Assembly: GCA_023515725.1 (NCBI GenBank)
Contig: JALDTO010000146.1
Location: forward strand, 992,001-1,056,000
DNA length: 64,000 nucleotides
Origin: Amoeboaphelidium protococcarum X5
Taxonomy: Eukaryota; Fungi; Aphelidiomycota
Reading direction: 5' to 3'
Below are positions 1 through 11,849 of this stretch, piece by piece. Position 1 is the stretch's first letter; the number at the start of each line of letters is the position of its first letter. Made by a program: the position numbers and the translations under genes. The notes under the pieces were generated by a model, which was given only the letters and a program-made list of their open reading frames with translations, had not been told where the DNA came from and ran no database searches.

Positions 1-2249
1 AGATGACTAATAGGTGAACTGAGGATATCCACTGCTTCCAGAACCACCGCTGAGTACTGCATAATTATTAGCAGTCTTAATGATCATTCCTTATACGCCA
101 ACACTTGGACTCCAAGCAACACATGCAACATCGACACCAACAATCTTCTCGTAATACTGACAACCATCATAGACAACCAGTTGCAGAACATGCTTACCGA
201 CACTTTATGGTACAAATCTTGGGCGATACCCATTCGCATTCACCAACTCTGGAAAAGAATCTTCACCAGGTACGGAAATGACCTTCCAGCTCATCTTACG
301 CACACGGGATCCATCAGACACAGAAGAAGAGACCTGAACAAGAGGCATTCCAAAGAATGGATTGACATTCACAGTAAAGTTATTGGCGGTGATACTCAAA
401 GGACTCGAAGATGACCCAGTACACTCCACACGCAGGTAGACAGTGTCGTAACTCACACGGTTCAGGCGATCAGTTGCGGTCAGGTTCAAGCAATAATCAC
501 CAGCAACAGCTTCAGGCAAGAATACTTTAGTACGGTTATTCTACTTGTCAACCAATACGGAATTAGGTGGAGTCGCAACATTCATGAGCTTAGATGGTAG
601 ATTGTTCAATGCAATACTGGATATAATATTACCATTCTGACAAACCTCAGCACAGTCAGAAGGAACAAAGCCAGCCGAGTGGAAACGGCCAAATTTACAA
701 AAGGAAAAGCACTCTTAGTTGACAATCTCCTGGTAATCCAAAGCGATACCAGCAGCGTTAGTTCTACCAGAATCCTGCTTACAAGCATCCTACAAGAAGC
801 CAGGCAGGCGAGAGCAATCCTGTGATTCAGACTTGTAAGGAGTCTTTGCATTCTCAGAAGAGACCCAGTCAGACTTGGTAACAGCAGCGTTGGTCAAATC
901 AAACGCAATCAGATCTTCCGGAACACGTTGCCAGTTGGCAGCAATGTTAGCCTCATCGACATCAGTAACAAAGGCAGTGCCATTAGCGGAACTCAAATCA
1001 TCATCAGCACAAGAGTTGTAATTACCACACAAACCAGATGTGGCATTGAAAAGCAGAGGAGATGCCTGGACACGAACGTTTATGCCCAACTACGACTGCT
1101 TAATAGCGACATAGGTACCATTCACATTGTGAGAAAACTGGAACACATTCTCAGGCAAAATCTACTGGACTGTCCATACAGACGAGTAGGACTGATACTC
1201 GGAAGGATCAATTTTAACCAGCGAAAAGGTAGATGTCTGGTAATAGACTTGCATGGTGTCGTAAGCTGGCTCCAACATAAACAAGTAACGGGTATAAGAT
1301 GGGTTCCAGTAGGACACAGCCACACCAGTCATACATGTTGTACTAGCCCCAGCATAACAAGGCGTTACCAAAGCCTAAATTTCGAATGCATTCTTTGGAG
1401 AGTTGACCAGCCAATACACACCAGTGCCAGAGAACCCATAGCTCAAACCATCAAATGAGATCACACGAGGATCACCGAAAGCTCTGCACACAAAACCATC
1501 ACCATTGTTGATCAGATTTGCAAAGTCGGCAACAACGCTCTGGTAGTCAGACCAATTAGGCACAGTGAAAACATAACGAGATGGCGGACGACTAGCAATG
1601 TTAGCCATGTACTACTTTCTCAAGGTAGTGGAAGCGGTAACAAAGTAAATCTAAGTACCCTTGGCTTTGATGTTCATGGCAACCTGCGTGGGATCATTGA
1701 TCAGAGGTTGACTGTAAGGTCCTTTGGAAGCAAGAACGATGATTATGCGAGTTCTATTACTACCAGTAGTGTAATCAAACCTTGAATCAGCAATAGTCAA
1801 TGCAGACGCCAGGTTAATCATAGCATCAGACCCAGATGAGGTACTGGTCATGGCAGCAATGGAGTTGGACGCAGCGACCCAGTCATTGGTTTTGTTTAGA
1901 ATAACTGATCCAGCATTCATTCTCAAAGCAACAACTGTATTCTGCTGAGTAGCAGAAGGTTAGCTTAGGAAGGCACGAGTAACTACACACAATGAACGAG
2001 TAAGTAAAACAACGATGCAAATGTTGAATGGACACAAACGACAAGTTTACCTTAGCTGGCAAAAGCTCTGTAGTTATTGATGTCAGAAGATGGGTTAGAG
2101 GCAGAGGAATACTCATTAATGACCCAGACGATATCAACAGGCTTCATGTTTGTTTGCGGAGGGCATACAGACGGATTCAGAGACTGGGCACCTTGAACCA
2201 GCACCAACAGCGCCGAAGCAAGGAATCCAACAACAGCAGAATTCTTCAT
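1..2249 (-). CDS. Secreted VWA + VWD (von Willebrand type D) domain protein, 3' end beyond window edge
   Basis: ATG 2249 with signal peptide MKNSAVVGFLASALLVLVQGA. GT-AG intron 1983-2050 restores the frame. VWA-like DIVWVINEYSS...RIIIVLAS. VWD motifs CRAFGDPRVISFDG and GLCGNYN, then a Cys-rich segment. Continuous when TAR=Gln. Confidence 0.8.
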
Positions 2250-2837
2250 AACAACTTGATTGATTGATACAAAAAGTTCAAAGCAGAAGATGCAGTGTAT
2301 AAACAGCTTGTAATAAAAGTCAAGTGTGGGAAGAGAAGAAGAAGAAGAGAGAGAGAGATAGAGAGATAGAGAGAGTGAGCATATCAGAGTGGCCAACTTC
2401 AAACGGACCTTTTGTTTGATTTTGTATCGCTCGCTCTCTGTCTGTCTTGTTGTTTCACCTCCCTTCCGAAGTATTGTTTGACGGTCGCTGGAGAGTTCCT
2501 CGCGTTTCGCGTTTCCAGTCTCCAGATTTGTCTCTCTGTCTTTACTGCGCCATGCGTTGAATTCTCTAAGGACCGCCATCGATTACCTGATTTATGTACT
2601 TACCAATCGAATGGTCTTCAGTTTTGGATTAATCTGATTGTATTATTTACACAAAGTTTCGTATATCATTATAATTAATCTTCTGATTCCTTAGCTTAAT
2701 TCTTCTCTCAATCAGTGCGTATGTTCCTAAGCATGTTTCAGCTTTACATCGTGCTTTTAAATTTTCAGCATTTCAGTCGTTCAATTCCTTAGAATTACTT
2801 TTCTTGGCTTTATTGATTTGTCTGATTGCAAGACACC

Positions 2838-3832
2838 ATGGCATTTGTGAGTAAACTTGTCGCGGTCGGGACTTTGGGCGTGACTCTGGGTGCTCAGTAT
2901 TTGTATAGCGTCTTGCACAAAACTACTAGTAATGGAAAGGTAAGACTTACAATTTGCATAGTATTTTCATCGTTACCCGTGTTAAATCCGTTACTGTAGT
3001 CCATTTCCCCAGCGTTTTTAAACTAATTAACCTTGCCGGTGCAGGATTCTGTGCTAGTATCGTTGCTGATTTACCAACTTTCTGCTTTGGAGAGATTTCA
3101 TGGATCAAGAAAATATATGGTAATCGCTTCAATCAATCTTAGTATGAGTGTATACTGGTTGTCTATGTGCTTTCATGTAGTCGTTCGTGTTGTATCTCGT
3201 TTCTGCAAGTTTCATGGTCTGCTTAGTCTTTCGTGACAAGTAGTCTGGAATGTAAGTATTATATAGTTTTTTTCGATTTAAATAATTTAGTACTAGTCAG
3301 TGTAGTTATCAAATGGTGTTTGGATTGCTTCATCAGTATATGTTGTGTGTGCCATCATATCAAATTAGTCATAGTAATGAGTTGATTACACAAAAATCGT
3401 CGCGTTTGATGTTGGCTGGTGTGGTAATATTTATCTTATTAGTCTGGCTGTAATATATCTCTAATACGCTCTCTTAATGTTTAGATATTCATTGTGTCAT
3501 CTAAAAAATTGCTGCTCCCGCTGCTAGTAGGAAGCGTTCTGTCTACTATTTATGATCTCAATGTTTTAGGATTATAGAGTATCCTGGTACCTAAACCAGT
3601 GATTTCTGTGCTGCGAAAACTATTCTCATCTCAGAAACGGTAGAATTTAGTTCATGGTACTTTGAGGTAGCAAGTTGACACTCCTCAATCAGTGTAACCA
3701 TAGATCAATGAAGACGATGTGGAAACTCTGACCAGCATGGGATTTAGTCGCGACTCTGCTTTAAAAGCGCTTAAAGACTGCAATGGTAGTGTAAACGAGG
3801 CTGCAAATCGCCTCCTCAGCACAGCTTCTTGA
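2838..3832 (+). CDS. UBAC2/Dsc2-like rhomboid-family pseudoprotease with C-terminal UBA domain (introns likely near 2940-3045 and 3252-3305, boundaries approximate)
   Basis: LIYQLSALERFHGSRKY resembles the UBAC2/Dsc2 motif. C-terminal UBA EDDVETLTSMGFSRDSALKALKDCNGSVNEAANRLL. TGA 3830-3832. Confidence 0.7.
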
Positions 3833-4098
3833 TCTTTATGATAGTTTTAAATTACTTTGATCACATCCCATTCTTGCTTTTAGTCTTTTGGTCAAGTCCT
3901 AATAGTCTATAGTGTGCAGTAAAATTGCAGGCAACACCAATCAGTTTTGGCCAATCATCTTGATCATGTTACCTCATCAGCCAATCACCAGATGTTTCAG
4001 ATTAATCACGCTTTGTGTAGTGTGGAGTGTGACCATGTCATTTCTTTTTTATTGTGTCTTAATAATAGTTAAAAATACTCCACAAGTTACACCGAAAA

Positions 4099-5217
4099 AT
4101 GAGTGATAAAGACCAGAAAAAATCCTATAATCATTATCTTTCGCCCAAGTGGCTGTATTCAGTGCTTGGCATTCAAACAGCTTTCGCGATTGCAGTCGCT
4201 GTACTGCTAGCATTAGATCAGGCTTGGATCTCCATGGGATTAGTGCTAGGATTAAGTGTGATAAAGCAATCACTTGGATTAGGTGGCGCATTGAATAAGC
4301 TGGTAAATTTACTGGGAGTTTACGGTGGAATGTGCTTCTTTTACGCGATGTATAGCGCCGTATTAATCTCATTTGTTGCAAGATTCCTGGTGTTTCCATC
4401 TAGTGGAAATGATAACACTTTGTAAATGGTGTATGGAAGATCATTGTTCGAGTTGAATGCAAATCAATAAAAATACCAACTCCAATAATATTTGGCCTTG
4501 GCATTTCTGAGTTTATCGGTATTCGCTGATGCTATTGGAATGTTTATCGCCATTTTAATGACCGGGCCAAAGTACAACACTTCAGGCCGTGATATCATTG
4601 GCCGTCCAACTCACTCCTCTTGGAATCCATCGATTGTACAAGCTGATGAACTTGCTGCCGGAAATCAAGCTAATGAATACGCATCCTCCAACAGATCATC
4701 CCGTATTATGCCATCTCTGTACTAGAAGAATCCTGTGGCTGCAGCGAATACTATGGAATAGTAAAATTTTAATCAAAGTTAAATTATGGATGAAGAGATG
4801 CGACAATCACTGGTGCGGTCATCATTCAGGTAGAGTATGTTCAATGATGGACCATCCAAGAATGCTCCGGAAATCGATATGGACCGCGATACATGGTACA
4901 GCAAGTTTTATGGTGATGAGAAGGTTAGTGACACTGCTGTAATGAGCCAAATACCTGATAGAGATTCTGATCAACTGAGTGTGTCGCAACAGCTGCTCAA
5001 GTAACAATAGCAACATCTCAGTCGACTCAGTAATCTCTATAGATCCAACACTCCAGACTTCTCTGCGGGTGAAGCTGATCGCGTCAAGTCTATCAAGCCA
5101 CTGAACGTAGAGAGGACAAAGGATGGGCGTAAATCTGGTCGCCTGCACGATCGATTTATGGCCAACACCATGCGCACTAACATGACCATTGAAAGTGCAT
5201 AATATCCTTACATCTGA
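4099..5217 (+). CDS. Hypothetical membrane protein (N-terminal hydrophobic helices, polar C-terminal tail)
   Basis: Single frame from ATG 4099 to TGA 5215-5217 with TAR=Gln; 3-4 hydrophobic segments. Confidence 0.65.
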
Positions 5218-5502
5218 TGACAGTTATGATTACATTACTCGATTATAATGCAATATATTCCATGTATATTTTAAAGCTTTTAAATCTAATCTCTACAGAA
5301 CGAAGCATCTTTATCTCTTCACATCGAGTTAACGCGTTGAAACAAATCTGTGGAATTTCCGTTTACGGATCATGCGCGTCCTTCGCTGCATATTTCCTTT
5401 TCAAGCAAGGAGTGTGTTGATCGGCTTTGCTTTTTACGGAGAAAGGAAGGAAGGTTGCGAGTGTAAAAGCTACGTGAAGCATAATATTGCAGCAATAAAT
5501 AA

Positions 5503-8500
5503 ATGAGTCGCTCGTTGCCGGAGGAAGGAAAGGACCTTGTAAGCAGAAACGATAGTGCTAGTAGTGGTGTGACCACACTGGATAGAGTGGGCGGAGGCAA
5601 TAAGTCTCCGTCATCATCAGGTAGTAGAAGTAATAGGATCAATCGAGTTAATCGACAAGCTATTAATGCAGAGAAATAGATTTAGGATGTCTGGGGAAAG
5701 GTTTTTGTAGTAGATTTTGTTATATAAGTTTAACAGTAATTGTAATAGTCGGGTGTTGATGGATCGTTCGACTCAAATCTCAGTAGTTCGCTGAGCAATA
5801 TATCACTAGATTAACCACTTAAGATGGAAGTCGCTGCAGATGAACCTATTTATTTGATGAAGGATAATCTCTGGTCTCATCCGCTACTTCCATAGAGCAT
5901 ATCGGGCAGGCCATCCGAGTAATTTGTGCTGAAATTCATCAATGCTGACCAACAAATGGTTGAACTGTATGATGAGAGTTAGATCTTTCATTCCATCAGT
6001 GTCATAAAGTATTGGCTCATGACTGGTCAGCAGTTTACTTTCTATGTATTCCCTTAGAAGCGTCTGTCTAAGCGACACTAGTTGATGAGTAAGAAGATTG
6101 GCAATGTGCTCAATTTTGGTCTGTATAGGTTCGACTACCTGTAAGATGATGAGACTGATATATTTAGACATCAGATGGTCGGTGTTCGGCAATAGATTAT
6201 AGAGCAGAGGGATCTCAAGTCTTTCATGTATGGGCCCGAGATTGTAGACAATCCTGGAGATGATGTGGATAATGTGATGCTGTACGACTTGACGAATTAT
6301 GACAAGATCACGTTCAGACTTCATGTGCCTCACTCTGATATGCGCAAGACTCTGACCTGCTCTTTAGATGAACGACCAGCACAAGTTATTGAAAAATTTG
6401 CGGCGCGCTATTAGAAGAGTTTGCCACAAGATTTTGAGCTGAGTAACTATTGTATAAAGGTTAGTGGTCGAGCGGATTTTCTAATGGGCGAGCATCGAAT
6501 GATTGACTATATGCATATCAGAAAGTGTTATATGAAGCAGGAGAAGATTGAGCTGTGTCTTGCCAAGGTTGAAGATTTACCTTAATCATCCAATGATCCT
6601 ATAGAAGAGTTTGATCTTATTGAAGACTCTACTGCTAATATCGGCTCACACGCATAGTTATGTCTGGAGCGATAGTCAAAGCTTACGGAGGATGGATAGA
6701 AAGGTATGCAGATAATGTCCTTATGGGACGTGGCGCGTAACTTTCGAATACATCTGGCTGCATGTGAGAATTTGAGCTGTGATTAGGCAGATACCCTGTA
6801 CATTGAAGCCGGCATATACCACGGTGGTGTGTTGATGAGTCCGACTCTTAAGACTCATTAGGTGATTGCCAGTAAGAATCCGAGATTTGGAGCATGGCTC
6901 AGTTTTGATATCACCTGTTACAATCTTCCCCGTGCTGCCCGCCTGTGTCTCACCGTCTATGGCCGTATGAAGACTTCAAAATAGAAGAAATAATAGTAGT
7001 AATAATAATCTTAGTCCGACTTGGATGGAGATGAAGATGCTATTCCTCTGGCTAGTGTAAATGTTCTTCTGATGGACCATAAAGGTTTCCTATAAAGCGG
7101 TATGTAAAAGATTTCAATGTGGAAGAGTGAGCGGGCGAATCCTTTTGGAACTTGTGTTAATAATAATCTTGGTGCCAGTGCTGATGATCCTTCTATATTC
7201 CTGCGAATGGACTCTTTTCCATGCGCTGTGGTGTATCCGTAGGAGAAGTATGAATTTGATTATAATCTCAAAGCTCTGGAGATTGATCTATTGCCCAACT
7301 TTGTTGTTGATCAATTATGGAAGATTATCAGATATGATCCGTTGACTCCACTCTCAGTCAACGATAAAGCATTGCTGTGGACTAATCGGTATTATTGTAT
7401 CAGTATTCCCGAAGCTCTGCCCAAGATTATATTGAGCGCCAGATGGAATTATTAAGATGATTGTGTAGAGGTTAAGAAGCTGCTTAAAGTTTGGGCACCA
7501 GTCTCGCCAGTGTCAGCATTGGAGATGTTGGATTGTTATTATGGTGATCTTGATGTACGATCGTATGCAGTGTCTCGCCTAGAGGAGCTTTCGGACGGGC
7601 AACTTCAAGACTATCTCATGCAGTTGGTTCAAGTGCTCAAGTACGAGCCTTATCTTGATTGTGCTCTGTTTAGATTTTTACTGAAGCGATCATTACTGAA
7701 TCGGTCTATTGGACACTTTTTCTACTGGCATCTGAGGTCGGAGATTGACAATGCTAAAGTTACACATAAATTTGCTCTTTACGCTGAGGCATACTTGAGA
7801 GGATGTGGCATGTTTATGGATGATTTAATTCAGTAGTCTGACGTGATGACTTGTCTATCGGACCTTTCTCTTTGTGTGCGCACTGTGAAGAGCAATAGTG
7901 ACCGCAAGGAGGCCTTCCAGCGTGGACTCAATAATCTGCGTCTTCCTGAGCGGTTCTCTCTGCCTATAGATCCGCGATTGGAGACCACTGGGCTGCTTAA
8001 TAATAAATGCAAATTCATGGACAGTAAGAAGCTGCCTCTGTGGTGCGTGTTCACTAATGTTGACCAGACGGGGGAGGATATTTATCTAATATGTAAATCT
8101 GGCGATGATCTTAGGTAGGATATGCTCACACTTTAAATGATCCGGATAATGGAAAAGTTCTGGTAGTAGGATCTTTTAGACTTGAGAATGACACCTTATC
8201 GCTGCTTGTCAACATAGATATCTTATGATGATCCTAATAAAAGTGCCGGTCTTATTGAAGTAGTTCTCAATAGCGATACGGTGAGTAACATTCAGCAGCA
8301 GTATGGTGGAAGTACGGCCGCGTTTAAAGATCAACCTATTGATGAATGGTTAAGGAAGAACAATCCCTCACAGTCTGATTACGAGAAAGCTGTACAGAAT
8401 TTTACATTCAGCTGTGCAGGCTATTGTGTGGCTACATACGTTCTCGGTATTGGCGATCGTCACAATGACAATATTATGGTGTCTAAAGATGGCCACCTAT

Positions 8501-9039
8501 TCCATATAGATTTTGGTCACTTTCTGGGTAATGTGAAGCGAAAGTTTGGTATTAAACGTGAACGAGCTCCCTTTGTGCTGACACCTGATTTTGTGTATGT
8601 GATTTGCAGTGGCTCTACTATGAATGGTATCAGCAACAGCAGATCCAAGGTGAATTCTTCTCATCAATCTCTCGCTTCACTGGCATCCACCTCTCAGGCT
8701 ACATCTGCATCTGGTGGAGGTTCTTCATCTGTTGGCAAACTGCAGGATAATCACAATTTTCAACAATTTGTGGACATTTGCGTTAAAGCATACCTCATAA
8801 TCCGGCGTAATGCCAACCTGTTCATCAATCTGTTTGCCATGATGCTATCCACCGGTATTCCAGAGCTGAAATCTGCCGAAGATATCTCATACCTTCGTGA
8901 TGCTCTATGTCTTGATCAGAGTGAAGAGGATGCTGCCAAGTCTTTCCGCAATCTGATCTTTGAAAGTATCCGCATGGGATGGAGCACTCAGCTTAACTGG
9001 TGGATTCACAACCTGGCTCACAGCAAAGGACAGTCTTGA
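5503..9039 (+). CDS. Class I-type phosphoinositide 3-kinase catalytic subunit (p110-like)
   Basis: One frame, about 1178 aa. RBD-, C2- and helical-like regions (LVQVLKYEPYLD). Kinase motifs MDSKKLPLW, GDDLRQDMLTLQ, DRHNDN, DFG, KRKFGIKRERAPF. Ends WSTQLNWWIHNLAH with no PX/C2 tail. Confidence 0.9.
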
Positions 9040-9162
9040 TGTTTATCATTGTACTGTATTGTTTTATATTCCACATCTTAAGGAAATACTAAGTAAATAT
9101 GCTATTTAATTCTACAAAGATTCCACTTTATATGATTTTATTTTGATGCAATTTAGATAGGT

Positions 9163-10467
9163 TCATCGGTAATACAACTAGGCCAGAATGACTGCGACTA
9201 GGAGAACCAGAATGGATAGTAAAAGCATCATCAAATTATTATCCAATAATGCACCAGATGATGACTATATCACTTGAGAGAGCAGCCAGTGCTTAACTGA
9301 ATAATCTGCAGATCCACTAACAATGAGATAATCCAATTGCTACGATTACTTCAGACTTCCAACTTTTACCTGGCCAGATGTGATAGCAGTGACTGAGAAT
9401 CCATGAGCAGCTGGATACTTTTTAAATACTCTCAACGTCTAACCATCAATGAATAAAACGTCTCCATCAGCATTGCCACAAATGATCAGTACATGCAGCT
9501 GGGAGTGCAGTTCTTCCACATTAGGCATGGCAATGACTGTCATACAAGTTACAGGTCGGAGTGATACTCGATTCTGACGAAGCAACTTTACATTATCACC
9601 ACCAGAGATGAAATAACACGATACATAACCGTGCTTCTTTTCATCAATGTGCGCAGCATACAGGTATAATTCAAATTCCAACTCCACCAATTTACAAAAT
9701 TTAAAGCGATCTTTCGGAGACAATCTATTGATGCAATGTACAACTTTAGCATCATCCACATTCCAGATACAAATCTACTCAGCACTGACAGATGCAACAA
9801 TCTAATTCATCTCGCTGACTCCGCTATCCCTAGTACTCCTTCTATCATTAGATTTACCGCTATCCAGAGTGATATAAGCGAACGATAGATCATCGATATC
9901 ACCGCTGTGCTGCTTTAGCTCTGATTTCAAATGTAAATGATGCCCGTCCGAGATCACATCCCATAGCCGCAATACTCCATCCGTACCACCGGTGGCCAGC
10001 AGGTGTCCATCATTATTGAATCTGACAACTTTCTAATAAGATTCATCATACTTGGACTTGGCCTCTTTAAAATCTGATCTTTTCTAATCGCGCAATGTAA
10101 ACCACGTATTACTATCATCACCATCCTTGTTGTCTTTATTATTATCACACTGCACAGACTATGTGTGTTCATCATACAAATAGCAAAAGTCATCGATACC
10201 AGCCGCCAGCATATTCCCGTGCAGATCCAAGTTCATCACAGCTCCTTTATCCGCTGGCGTCTCGTACTTGGCGAGCTCTTCAAATCTCAATTCATTATCT
10301 TTAATGCTACCATCATTTGCAGTATTAAATGAGGATATAGCGAATTGTACAATGCTATTCTTCACGCCCGACTTTGAGTTACCTCCACCACCGGCGACAT
10401 AGACTTTATTATCCTTCACTTTCAGCGCAAACACGGGAAACTTTACACTTATATTTTCGCTGGACAT
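9163..10467 (-). CDS. SEC12: Sec12/PREB WD40 guanine nucleotide exchange factor for Sar1
   Basis: N-terminal K-loop [18 protein letters not shown]40 repeats, C-terminal TM helix; TGA at 9163. Confidence 0.85.
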
Positions 10468-10960
10468 TTGTACAGTCTTTCAGTATACTATATCTGTAAA
10501 AGAGGCGAACTAGAGCTAAATCCTACTATAGAGCGGGCAACTTAAAAGTTAAGAGAACGACCAACACAGACAGAGACGGGCGCGCTCAGCCAACCCGAAT
10601 TTAATCAAAGCGAGAGAGTGAGTGAGAGAGAGCTTTAGGGTGATCGACTGCTCAATTGGGCGATTCAATCCTTAGCATCTCCATTAAATATATTGCTACA
10701 TTCAAACGCGCTGAATATAAAAATCTAAGAAATTTAAATTTATTCTAGTTTCAACAAATTTAATAACTAGAGATATTGTCTAAACCACGTGCTCTCCCGA
10801 ATCAAGTCGGCGCCTCCTTTAGAGATGATTGTTATGGCGAGATCATAAAGAGGAACCCCTTTCGATTAGTTCTTTTATCTACTCAGTTGTAATAATTATT
10901 GCTTACAATATCTGTAATCACTTTGTAATATTTAATCACTCAATTAACAATAAAGTAATA

Positions 10961-11392
10961 ATGAAAGTCGCGCTATTGAGTGTATTCGCTGCTGTGGCAT
11001 CTGCTTCTCTTAGCTGGACCAGCTGTGGCACTGAGAATGACATCCTCAAGCTGGGGTCGATCAATTTCACGCCAGAGAATCCAAAGAAGGGCGATGTGCT
11101 GCACGTTTTTGTGACTGGTGATTTGAAGAGTGAGGTGAGTGGTGGTACTAAAGTGGTGACCAAGGTCAAGTACCGCGGTATTAGAATCCCTGTGCCAGAG
11201 GTGGACGTTTGCAAGTCTCTGGGCGATATGCCTGATGTTCCGCAGTGTCCATTCAAGAGTGGTGGATTCAACATTACTCAGGATTTCCCATTGCCGTCAG
11301 TGATGCCTAACGGTAAGTATGACGTGAATCTGGTTATGAAGGATCAGAATCAGCAACAGGTGACCTGCTTGAACGTGAAGCTGGAAGTTTGA
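10961..11392 (+). CDS. NPC2: ML-domain (NPC2-like) lipid-binding secreted protein
   Basis: Signal peptide MKVALLSVFAAVASA; WTSCG, DVCKSL, CPFKSG, MPNGKY, TCL pattern. Confidence 0.9.
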   Translation: MKVALLSVFAAVASASLSWTSCGTENDILKLGSINFTPENPKKGDVLHVFVTGDLKSEVSGGTKVVTKVKYRGIRIPVPEVDVCKSLGDMPDVPQCPFKSGGFNITQDFPLPSVMPNGKYDVNLVMKDQNQQQVTCLNVKLEV

Positions 11393-11849
11393 ATATTGAT
11401 AAACGTCCTGTCCACTGACTGATAATAAAATATATATACTTTATTTTTATAAATATCTTTTTGGCTTCTCTTTTGAATATTATTCTTTTATAAATCCGGG
11501 TGTTGTACTGGATAGATTAACCTGCATCATCTGAAAGTGATAAATTTTCTACCATTTTCCACGTGCTGTTCACACCATTGTAGAATATAAAAGCTTAAAC
11601 AGGTAAATCTTGAGATGAACAATTAATGTTTTACATTGTCAGTCAAGCATTTATTCACATACTATGATTATCTACTGTACAAAGGTGCTCTTGTTGCCCG
11701 CAGTCGACAGAAATCTTGATCGTTGTTTCATTTCTGCCGTTGTTTTCCCATAGAGGCTGGTAACTGGGTAGATCCCATCTTAGATATTCTTTTTTGAATT
11801 TGTAGATTACACCAAACTTTTATTTAAATAATATCTGCGCATTATTGGG

